Shown here piece by piece: positions 8,724 to 19,100 of a stretch of DNA of 29,542 nucleotides. Under the pieces are notes generated by a model. That model did not search any database. It worked only from the letters and a program-made list of their open reading frames with translations, and was not told the origin of the DNA. Origin of the DNA: a virus (lineage: Duplodnaviria; Caudoviricetes); IMG/VR virus record IMGVR_UViG_3300020403_000058, positions 1-29,542 of that record, one strand, 5' to 3'. Made by a program: the position numbers and the translations under genes. Every line of letters starts with the position of its first letter. The stretch's first letter is position 1.

Positions 8724-10253
8724 TCAGAATTCTAAGATGATCTTGATATCCTCTCGCTGGTTAGATGCTCTAGTTACTTCAGGACGATTATCTACGTAGA
8801 TAATATCGCCGGAATACTTCTTGATCTCTGGGGAGGCAATACCAGAATTGTAAGTTTGACCCAAATAATAAGTGCGGTTATTGATAGTCGTAGAGACTCC
8901 AGTAAACGCGGTATCGACGGTAAGAGTTTCTTCTCCGCTAACTGTCTTGACAACAATGTTCAAAGATCCACCCGTACCAGGGGTTTTCGTAAATCTATTT
9001 AGAGAGTATTGGTGAAGGGCTCCAGCAGATCCATCTGCCATAGAGCGATCTTGCCAATAGTTCAGAACCTTTGTGGTGTTGTCATACGAGATGATTTTCC
9101 CGATAGCAGTGGATCCAACACCAACGGTTTGTTTGACAACTCCATCGTTGGCAACCACCATGGTCGTAGATGCTGCGCCTGCCAGTCGCACGCCATACAT
9201 CGCTGACACCGTGGGGTCGGTGAGAATGTTGGAACTACCCTGCATTTCAGGGTTCTTGATGATGCCAATACGAGCAAACTGGTTTCCGGTGGGGAAATCA
9301 GGGTTCGTCACATCGCTGTTCTCAAAGCGGGAGTAAATGAGAACTTTGTTGGAACCGAGTTCACGGTAGATATCAGCACCATGTCCTCCCGGAGGGGGAA
9401 TGATGACGGTAAAGGATGCGCCAGAACCAGTGACAACAGAGTCAAGGTCCAGAGTCGCAAAACTGTATCCTGTGCCACCATTGGTGACCTGGACAGCAGT
9501 TGGTTTGCCGTTCACAAAAGTGACTGACGCCATACCACCGGCACCATCACCCTTGATGGGCACATTGTTTTTGGTTCCGGTGAACTGATAGGACGCATTG
9601 GTTACGTCCTCAATAACGATGACCTCAATACGACCATCAACAGCAGTATTCCTCACGTCTGCTGTGTCAGTGCTAATTGACCAGTCAGAAGGAAGAGGAA
9701 TGAACTCAGCACTGTCAAATTTGACAATGTTGCTGGGTTTGATGGTGTAAAGGTACTTCCAAATGTATCCGTCACTCTCCAACCTGGGTTGCAGGTCAGT
9801 GTGGACGGGTTCTTGAAGCGAGATCACACCCTTGCCACCATTGGCAGGGTCAGCACCGTTATAAAGACACTCATAAACCCTGTAGTCAGAGTTCATGACA
9901 TAGTAATTTGCCTTATACAATCCAGTTGCACTGGTATTGGGGGTAAGGCGATTTACGCTATAATCATGACGATACATCTCATAGATCGTACCACTCGTCC
10001 ATGAGATCTTTCGCACTACACGCAAGACATCGCTACTAGTGATCTTTTTGGCACTAATTAGCGTGTCATAGATATCGTCGTGCTCATCAAAGTTGTCAAT
10101 AGGAGACGGGGTGTCCGTATTCCAGTCCGATGCAACATCGGTAGCATTAGGCAAGCCCATGAAGACATAATAACTATTATCAGTGGTAGTAATTCCACTG
10201 ACAAAGTTAGAAGCATTCAATACCCTAATCTGATCAGTGATAATGGCTGGCAT
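8724..10253 (-). CDS. gp8: Baseplate wedge subunit gp8 (509 aa)
   Basis: MPAIITDQIRVLNA.NF, VVRKISW.SG..Y.MYRHDY, YYVMNSDYRVYECL.NG, DGYIWKYLYTI and C-terminal SGDIIYVDNR....RASNQREDIKIILEF; synteny with gp6/gp7. Confidence 0.9.
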   Translation of the reverse strand: MPAIITDQIRVLNASNFVSGITTTDNSYYVFMGLPNATDVASDWNTDTPSPIDNFDEHDDIYDTLISAKKITSSDVLRVVRKISWTSGTIYEMYRHDYSVNRLTPNTSATGLYKANYYVMNSDYRVYECLYNGADPANGGKGVISLQEPVHTDLQPRLESDGYIWKYLYTIKPSNIVKFDSAEFIPLPSDWSISTDTADVRNTAVDGRIEVIVIEDVTNASYQFTGTKNNVPIKGDGAGGMASVTFVNGKPTAVQVTNGGTGYSFATLDLDSVVTGSGASFTVIIPPPGGHGADIYRELGSNKVLIYSRFENSDVTNPDFPTGNQFARIGIIKNPEMQGSSNILTDPTVSAMYGVRLAGAASTTMVVANDGVVKQTVGVGSTAIGKIISYDNTTKVLNYWQDRSMADGSAGALHQYSLNRFTKTPGTGGSLNIVVKTVSGEETLTVDTAFTGVSTTINNRTYYLGQTYNSGIASPEIKKYSGDIIYVDNRPEVTRASNQREDIKIILEF

Positions 10254-10280
10254 TATGCTAAATGACTTCTCGATTCAACC

Positions 10281-10288
10281 TATTTATG
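10281..10288 (-). promoter_or_regulatory. Late promoter motif CATAAATA upstream of gp8
   Basis: Plus strand tatttatg; overlaps the upstream stop, 27 nt before the gp8 ATG. Confidence 0.7.
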
Positions 10289-13151
10289 GATAATCCACGA
10301 GGAGTTTTTGCTCACGAATCAGAGTAGGCGCAGTTGCTATACCAGTAAGACCCGTGCTATTGATCGTAAACGTGGTTCCGATGGCGGAGTTTGCAGTCAC
10401 TTTTGCCCAACTAAACTCTGCGTAGTGGGTGCCAACATCGCTGTGTAGACCAGTGAAGTTGAGTCCATGACCACTAACAATATTGACGTGAACCTTGACC
10501 ACATCAGATGCTAGATCTTCGATGTGAGAGCACTCGTAAATACCGTCAATGCATGTGACAGCAGTGCCGACAGTTGCGCTTCTGTCCTGAGACAAGGAAG
10601 TCAGACCACTACCAACATTCGATCTAGAGATCACAAAGTAGTCACCCGTGCCAATACCAGTCTTCGTGATGCCACCATGCTGGTTCTGACGCTGAGGGTC
10701 ATTCATGGCAATGTGGAAGTGCAGTTGCATGCCCTGGTCTGTTGAACCAACGCCACACACATACCCGTTGTCACCAACGATATTTGCCACATTCTTTTCA
10801 ACTTTCTCAATTTTGAAACCTGTGGTACCATATCCTACGGGATTGACTTCATTGTCAATCAAGAGCATCGGCCAATCTTCCTGTGGGTTGTGAGTATTAC
10901 CCTCAGTAAGACTAAAGATCAAAGCACCGCTGTCGAGATAAACCTCAGTGTCAAGAGCAGCAACGTTACGAATGACTCGACCTGCAGGGAAGATTCTTGC
11001 TCCCAAGGAAGGACGGGACTTCGGCACCTTGACGCCTTCAACAAATCTGTCTTCGGTTTGCTTACACAGACTGATGACTCGTGTGGGAATAGCAGCGTCA
11101 GTGATGTACGGACCCTTGTAGTTCGTGGTTTGCACAGTGTCTCTACTGATCACACCACGCATGACACGACTGTCTTGTCTGCCCAGTGTCAGGTTGTCGC
11201 CTTCCTTGACATCAGGGAAGTCCTCTGCAGTAGTGATGTCAGCATCAGTTCCTCGGTAGAACAGGAACTGGAGACTTGAACCTGCCTTAGGTGGTTCAGT
11301 GAATCGGATTCTGGTTCCACCCTCAAAGACATATGCCTTGCCAGGTTTCTGGAGAACATCATTGATAAAGATCAGCAAGACTTGATCCAGTTCAACCACA
11401 GACCCATCACGCTTCTCAATGCTCATAGGAACATTGTCTTTAGTGATCTGGAACACACTCCGGCGTCCATCAAACTGATCAGAGAAGTCGTCAAGAATCT
11501 GTAACTTACCGAACACCCACCCAGCAAACTCATCATCATGGGTATCCAGGACTGTCACCGTGGCAGGAGTGAACCCAGTGCCGTAGGTGGAGATCGTCGG
11601 GATACCAACCACGGAGAGAACTTCACCGACAGTGAATCCATAACCGGGGTTGACCAGATCAATCTGACCAACACTCCTACCAGTGCCAACAGTGACGGTC
11701 ACGCTTGCACCGATACCAGTGTTGGCACTCACCAAAGCGATGTCATCATATGAACCAGGGACGTATCCCACACCCTGGGTGTTTGCAAAGGAGACAACAA
11801 TACCCTTCCGAGGCAGACGGTTAGCGTTTACATCGTTAGGGTTGGTGTTGGCAATGATACCTGGTTCATCATTGCCTTTGAAGGCAACTGAGGTGATACC
11901 AGGGTTGGGAGAACTGATGAACTCATAATCAACGTCAGGTTTCTGGAAAATGTTGTTGATTAGAATTGCACCGAAGTCAGTTGTAATACCGATGACATCA
12001 GTATTATCCTTTTTCAGCGTAAACGTCTTACCAATACCAGTGAACTGATCAGCAATATCATCAAAGATCATGTTGCCGCTGTAGTCGCTGCGTTGGAACA
12101 CACGACCTTGGAAGCTACTACCAACTAGGACATCAGCGTTGACCAGACTGTGGGTGCCAATACCAACACCAGTCAGGACTAGTTTGTTACCGACGAGAGC
12201 ATCGTCTTTTGTCTCTGCAAATGAGAAGTTGTTTGCAGCATTTTTGATGATATAATAATCTCTGTTTGCCGTCAGGGGTGCTGGTGGGTTGAGTGATCTC
12301 AACTTGACCTTTGTACCAGTATCCAGATCGTCAGTCAGGACAGTAAAATAATTTGAACCTAAGTTGATGCTTTCTGATGTGATTCCAGTCGTTCTCCTGG
12401 TACCACCAAACGGAACATCAACAAATGTAATCTCATTATCAATGATGTTGTAGTCGCCCAGCATTGCCTGGACGGTATCTCCGTTGGAGTGACTCTGCTT
12501 TGTCGTTCCCATCCAGGCACGATCCACAGTCACTTTGTTGGGGTTGCCACCAACGTTGGTGAGGCGAATCCTCATCACCTCATCGTTGATCTTGAAGATA
12601 TCAAACCGCTCAAAAATAGATGCGTCTGTCAGGACAACATCTTTATTGGCAATAGAATCCAATGTGGTAGTCACACCATGCTTCTTATACATGGGGGACT
12701 GGATAATATTGTCAACAGCAATGATACACTTAGTATTCTGCTTCTGTGTCTGGAAGGTATGGGTCGAACCAATACCCACAGTGGTAATGCCGATAGCATC
12801 TGCTGAGAGAGCAAGTGCTTTTGTCGCTGCTAGTTTGAAAGTATTCTCGTTTACTTTGATTACAAAAACTTCAGATGGCAATGTGGTAGCAGCACCCACA
12901 CCATTCACGCCATGCTGAATACCGATAGGTTCATTGCCCTGATGGGCGGTATAGAATAACTTCTCACCAGTAACGAAGAAGTGATTGTTGATAACAATGC
13001 TGTCGCTACCAGCAATCACTGCACCTGTACTACTGCCATCAAACTCTTTCCGAAAAATCGGGTCGAGTTTATGACGCAGTTTGAACGTGCGTTTGAAACT
13101 CTCCGTTTCGGCGTTGAATTGCTTGTTTACAGAACCGAGTTTGAATGTCAT
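10284..13151 (-). CDS. Baseplate structural protein, probably the C-terminal portion of a split gp7 (955 aa)
   Basis: Lies between gp7 and gp8 and shares repeat modules with gp7 (HFFVTGEKLFY, GIGSTHTF); also DDIADQFTGIGKTFTL, DDFSDQFDG.R..F and FINDVLQKPG.AY.F.GG..I.FTEPP; starts by a TAATG overlap. Confidence 0.8.
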   Translation of the reverse strand: MTFKLGSVNKQFNAETESFKRTFKLRHKLDPIFRKEFDGSSTGAVIAGSDSIVINNHFFVTGEKLFYTAHQGNEPIGIQHGVNGVGAATTLPSEVFVIKVNENTFKLAATKALALSADAIGITTVGIGSTHTFQTQKQNTKCIIAVDNIIQSPMYKKHGVTTTLDSIANKDVVLTDASIFERFDIFKINDEVMRIRLTNVGGNPNKVTVDRAWMGTTKQSHSNGDTVQAMLGDYNIIDNEITFVDVPFGGTRRTTGITSESINLGSNYFTVLTDDLDTGTKVKLRSLNPPAPLTANRDYYIIKNAANNFSFAETKDDALVGNKLVLTGVGIGTHSLVNADVLVGSSFQGRVFQRSDYSGNMIFDDIADQFTGIGKTFTLKKDNTDVIGITTDFGAILINNIFQKPDVDYEFISSPNPGITSVAFKGNDEPGIIANTNPNDVNANRLPRKGIVVSFANTQGVGYVPGSYDDIALVSANTGIGASVTVTVGTGRSVGQIDLVNPGYGFTVGEVLSVVGIPTISTYGTGFTPATVTVLDTHDDEFAGWVFGKLQILDDFSDQFDGRRSVFQITKDNVPMSIEKRDGSVVELDQVLLIFINDVLQKPGKAYVFEGGTRIRFTEPPKAGSSLQFLFYRGTDADITTAEDFPDVKEGDNLTLGRQDSRVMRGVISRDTVQTTNYKGPYITDAAIPTRVISLCKQTEDRFVEGVKVPKSRPSLGARIFPAGRVIRNVAALDTEVYLDSGALIFSLTEGNTHNPQEDWPMLLIDNEVNPVGYGTTGFKIEKVEKNVANIVGDNGYVCGVGSTDQGMQLHFHIAMNDPQRQNQHGGITKTGIGTGDYFVISRSNVGSGLTSLSQDRSATVGTAVTCIDGIYECSHIEDLASDVVKVHVNIVSGHGLNFTGLHSDVGTHYAEFSWAKVTANSAIGTTFTINSTGLTGIATAPTLIREQKLLVDYP

Positions 13152-16100
13152 TAGATGTCTATCGTCGTATCTTGGGCGATACTATCGGGACGATCAAGTC
13201 GAATCTCATAAGTCCGGCAAACATATTCTTTGTCTGCTAGCGGCATAAACATCAGACGCATGTTATTGCCATCAAGGTCCATCTCTACATTACGAATATC
13301 GCGTCTCTCACTAGAGGCGTTGGACAGGTTGTTGTACGTGTTGTAGTTGAGATTACCGTTAGTGGAGTTACCAGCAACAGTGAACACAGAGTATTCATCA
13401 TCCGTAGTATTATGTATTTGGACAAAATACTTGACTGATGTGAAGGTTCCAGTGTCCTTGATCGATATGGGGGTGTTGGAAGGAGTTGCAGAAGCACCAA
13501 TCGGCACATAAGAAGCATTCAATTCAGCGTCTCCAACAGGCAGTGAACTGATGCCGGAAACGTTGGATTGTGCTGTCGTTGCAACGCCAACTGAAGTCAC
13601 CATCATGTGAACGTCAACTGCTTGGTTGGCAGCAGGCGTATAAGTCAAACTGAGGACATTGCTGGATTGATCCATGTCAAAGTCACCCAGCGTGGTGCCA
13701 CTGTCTAGGTTGCCGTAGTCACTGTAGATGACATTATTGTTGCCATCCATCAGGAAGTTGTACTCTTCCATCTCACTTTCAGTGGCAGTTTCATGTGCCA
13801 CCACCAGCAGACCCGAACGGAACTTGGTTCCGTCAATGTCAAGCATTGAGACTGTGGCAGGAGATCCAGCAGAAGCGAAGGCAGAACTGACGCCAATCTT
13901 CTCGACATGACCGAAGGCAGTGCTGCCAATACCAGCAGTTACCGTGCGAGGCAGTTCTTCTTTGTAGAAAGTGATGTCATACGTGAACGTATTGTTGAAC
14001 GGTTGGAACTTGACAACCACGTCATTGCCAGACATCTCAGCAATAAACTCACCCAGGTCAAACGAATCCGACAGGTCAGAGTATTGGTTGATGTAACTAT
14101 CAGTGCCGTCAGAGAAGACAATGAATTCACAGAACTGAGTCGTATTGAAGGTCCGACCAAGGGACTCATCCAGAACCACTTGAGCGTGGTACTTGACACC
14201 AGCGAGCGGATCAACACCTGATCCACCGCCACCAACACCACCGCCATGCGGGAATGTATCAATAACTACAGCACGAATGACATCGGGGTCATTGTAGAAC
14301 TGAGGACTGATGTCATCGATCTCCAGAACCCGGTTGGTGTTACTGATGATCGTGGCACCAAATCTGGTGGACGTGAAGACGATCTTGTCACTGGTAGTGT
14401 TAGTAGAATCAGGTACTTCAAAACCAGTGTCAAATGCTCGGAAGCAAGACAGTTTGTCACTGCTCTCAATCAGCACCACTGCTTGTGCATCGCCACCATC
14501 ACCTGCAATGGTGACCTGAGAAGTAGTTCCCAACCCAACAACCGAAGAGTTGATGAGCATGTCAGAGTGCTTCTTGAATCCAGCAATATGTGCCAGGGAA
14601 TCAACCGGTTCACTCCAAGAAGAAATACCAATCTTGGACTTCAGTGAATAGGAGAACTGCTGATAGTAGTCGCTGTCTTGGATCCGCTGGGTGATATCAG
14701 ACAGTTTGCCCGTGTCATTCTCCCATCCAAAACGACCCTTGTATACGATGCCGGTCTCAAAGTGACCCTCTGCAGTGTCGATTTGTTCGATCGTACCGCC
14801 AGAGTTTGACAGTTCAGCGGTGATTCTGTCACCAACTTCAAACCCGTCAACGCTGTCTACACGAAGAACATTGCGACGTTTGCCTTTGCCGAACACAACT
14901 TTGGCACTAGCACCAGCGTTGTTGTTGATAGTCTCTCCACTATCAAACTCACTCTCCTTCAGGGTGACTTCAAACTGGGCAATATCAACAACGTTGGTCA
15001 CAGAACCAAACTGACTGTTGTCGTATGAACCAGGATTCTGTGTTGTTTGATACTTGATAGTAGCACCATTGAACACATTCAGGTTTGCATTGACCTCAGT
15101 CAACTCAAACGACTGATAACCAAAGTCTGCGGAGTTGTATCCGTGACCCGTGCTGACACCAACGTTTTCAACGAACACCCTGTCGCCCACAGCAAATGGG
15201 AGGGGAACAGCGTTGGTGAAACCAGACTGAGGTGTCTTGAGTGTCAGAGTGACATTCGGGTATGCATAACTGGCACTGACAATACCAACACCATTGCTGT
15301 TGTTGATGGCGACAATCTTGTTATCACCGCTACGGAGGTTGCTACCACCACTAATGATCTGGACATTGCTAACACCAGATCCTTGCAGGTCTACACGGAA
15401 CTTGGTGGTATCACTGATCTGATCCGTCTTGGAGTTGTAGATGACCAGATCAGGAGGTGTCAGATACTTCCGACCAGCAGAACTGATGCCCACTTCAGTG
15501 ATGGTGAAGTTGTCCTTCAGGTAAATGACCTGAGGAACCGCTGCCTCGGGGCGGAGTGTCTTATCAGAAGGATAGTCATATCCATAACCAGAGATATTGA
15601 CTTCTCTGATTTTACCGATATTAGAACCTGCGGGACGAATCAACGCAGATGTACCTGAGGTAGAAGCAATGCTGACTTCAGGGATATCCCGGTAGTTCAC
15701 ACCACCTGAGATGATTTCGATCGTGCCGACCGGACCAGAATCATTCTTACTGTCTGTCAGGTAAGAGATGTTGGCAGTCTGAGTTGTATATCCAACACGC
15801 TCAGGTTCTTTGAAGATGTTGAACGTGAACTGATCTGATCCAACTGTGCTGATGGTGCCAGTTGCGGTGTACTCACTGTTGTTTACAACGATCTTGTTAT
15901 GATCATCAATGTCAATATTCTCATCGATAGTCTTGACACTGCTCAGTGAATTGACCTTGTAGTACAGAACATCAGGTGCACCACTGTTCATGGACACAAC
16001 CGCCTTGGCATTTGCATTGCCAGGTGTGCCGCTGTAAGTTACCTGTGGATCAGTGGTACCAGAACCAACAAACTCTTTCTGATACTTGGGATCAAGGAAG

Positions 16101-19100
16101 AACTGGACCTTAGTGTCCACCATGCTGACATCAGAGATGTCAAACTCAAGAGTGTCGCCGCGAGTGACGTTGATCCGTGGGTTGGCAGAGTTGCCAATGC
16201 TGACGTAACGATCGCCAGGGTCGTAAACCAGTGCCACGGAGGACGTTGCTGCCGAGACCAGAGTCATGACAACAGAATCCAGAGGACGCAGGGAGTGTGT
16301 CTCTTTGGTAGTTGCCAGAACATTAGTTGTGCTGACCTTACCGGTAACAACACCCCTATCAGTCTTGAAGAAGTGGGTGTTGCCAATACCAGTCTGATCC
16401 GGGTAGTACATCACCCGTGCATCAGCAGAACCAATACCAGCAAATGTGGTGACAATGCCAATGGTGTTCTGACTCAGAACCTGAACGTAGAGATCAGTCT
16501 CAGGTACAGGTGAAGTCCAACCACTATCCGTTCCACCAGCACCTGTGGTGGGTTGATAGTTGAGTCGAGTGCCGTTCTCGGAGTTGTATTTGATCTTGTC
16601 TCCCGTCTGGAAACTGTGGCGGGGGATGAACAGAGAACGGGTGGGGATGGTTTGCTGACCGAAGTCAACCGTGTCAATGGTGTGGTTGTTTGCCGCACCG
16701 TAGGACAGTCCCAGACCAACCTGTCCGCCACCATCAAAGTAGACAGTGTAGTTTTCAGATGTAGGAGGAACGTAGGGCAGACGATATGTAAACTTCGTCG
16801 GCAGGAGTTTCATCGCAACACCAAACGTGTGTGCTGCAGAGACTGTTCCGTTGAATCCACGAATCAGATCAACTTGATTCATGAGGGTGTCAATGCCAAA
16901 CACCTTCATCTGCTCATCGTCCACCTGAACGATGTCATTGACAGAGAAGATGTTTACGTTCTCCGACAGACGGATGCTTGTCGTGAGTCCAGCAGTGGCA
17001 CCGACATTGGCGAGTTGTGTAGAGACCCCAACAGTGATATTCTCCACCGTGACCTGATGGATACCCTCCATCTGGACATGATCTGTAGAACTGATATCAG
17101 AAACTTGGATGAAAGAGTTGTTGCCCAGGTTATGAGGCAGCGTAGTGATACCTGTCACCACACCTTCGGAGAAGACGAACTCTACGTCTTCAACTTCAAG
17201 GCGAGAGGACTCAACCTCAAGCACCTTTGGTCCAACGATCCGATTTACTCGGGCGATAGCACCAAATCCATTGGTACCAACGTTGTTGAAGACCAGGTTG
17301 TCATTGACATAGTATCCTTCACCACTTTCAATGATTTTGATCGTGTCAATCGGACCTTGCTCAGTCGTAAGGATTCTTGACTGAACATCTGTGCCGCGAT
17401 TGGCATTTGAGACGAACTCGTACTCAGTGATATTGAAGGACTTGGTGTTTTTGACCAGTCCATACTGAGTAGGATCTTGACGCTGGTCAAAGTCGTACTC
17501 AAAGTTCTTAGTCTCAATCTTGGACCTATAAGTATTACCTACGACATAGGGGAAGACTGGAGATCTTGAATTGTGGAAAGGATCTCCAGAGTTTGAAACC
17601 AGATTAGTAGATACTGTTGTGTAATAAGCGTAGACGCCATTGGGATACTCCGGGGTAACTGCAAATCGTCCGTTGTGCTCATCCAGATCTCCCGATCCAG
17701 GAACGTATTTGTAATCTTCAACAAAGAACCCTGCTGGGTAGTCCAGAATTGGTGGACCATCAAAACGCTGACCAGTCACTTTTACATAACTGGACTGCAT
17801 GTACTTCAGGGAACCACCATTGGTGCCACTGAAGGCATAAGGACCATAGATTGGGTTGCCGTCATATGCATATCCCAAGATGGGGGAGTGCTCAACACCA
17901 TCATCCCCAAGATAGGAACGCAGTTGCCTTGGAACGTAATAGTTTACGTAGGGCAGACCAAACTTCGCCTCTCGTGCCGGGATGTAGAAACCATCGTCGG
18001 TCTTGACATCATCTTTCTTGGCATATCGATCAACATTGTTGATTGTCCAAGTCTTGACGTTGGCAGAGAAGATTGCACCAGTGCCAGGAGTGACTGCCTT
18101 AGCAGTGGTTTGTGCCTGGGTGTAGTTTGCACCCTTCTGAATCATCACGATATCAACGACCTCTCCATTGGAGACCACTGCTTTCGCCTTGGCACCAATA
18201 CCATCACCAGAGATGACAATATCTGGGATGTTGAAGAAGTCTTGACCGCCTGCCTTGATAATGATCGATTCAATCCGACCATTCACAATGAATGGTTGCA
18301 GGTAAGCGTTCTTGCCAGCAATTACCTCCACATCTGGGCGGTGGTTATCATTGATGACAGTAGAACCAAACTTAGTTCCACTCTCAGTAACCTCAGCACC
18401 AATGATGCTGCCTCTCAGGATGGGAGTCGCAGTTGCATTTGCTGTAGTGATGCCCTGGCGACCAACAATGTTGACGAAGATCGGCGGGTCGGACAGCAGA
18501 TGACTGCCACTACCATCGCTAAGCAGTTTGATAAAGGTGTCACCATCTTCAACGTTTGCTAGACGGAAACGGTCATCATCAATCTTGCGACACCAATAAT
18601 CTTGTCCCTTAGACAGACCACCAATAGCAACAGCATTTGGTGCTTCATACCGGATCTGATCGCCGTCAACAAATCCGTGATTTGGATAGTAGAAAGCATC
18701 AATAAACGTGTTGATACCAACAGTGCCTGACGTAACCCTAAGAGTTCTGTTATAGAACGTGCCTGGTTGGTCAACGTAGATCTTGTCTAGTTTGTTTCTA
18801 CGCTCAACCGTAGAGAACTTGTGGACACCAGCACCATTGCTATCAATGGGGATAGTGCCAATACCTGCCAGTGCCTTTGCAGGCGACTCTGACAGCATGA
18901 TCTCAAACTCATCCTTGACCACCACGTAGTACGGGTTGCCATCGATCAGGTTGCCAGGTGTAGTTCCGATACCGATTTCAGTGGTGCCACCGCTGGTATA
19001 GATGACTGCCTCACCATGCTTGAACCCGTGAGGGACCTTGAACTGGAACCGATCTTCTTCAGTATTGACAACACCACCAGCAGAGGTTGCATCAAACTCT

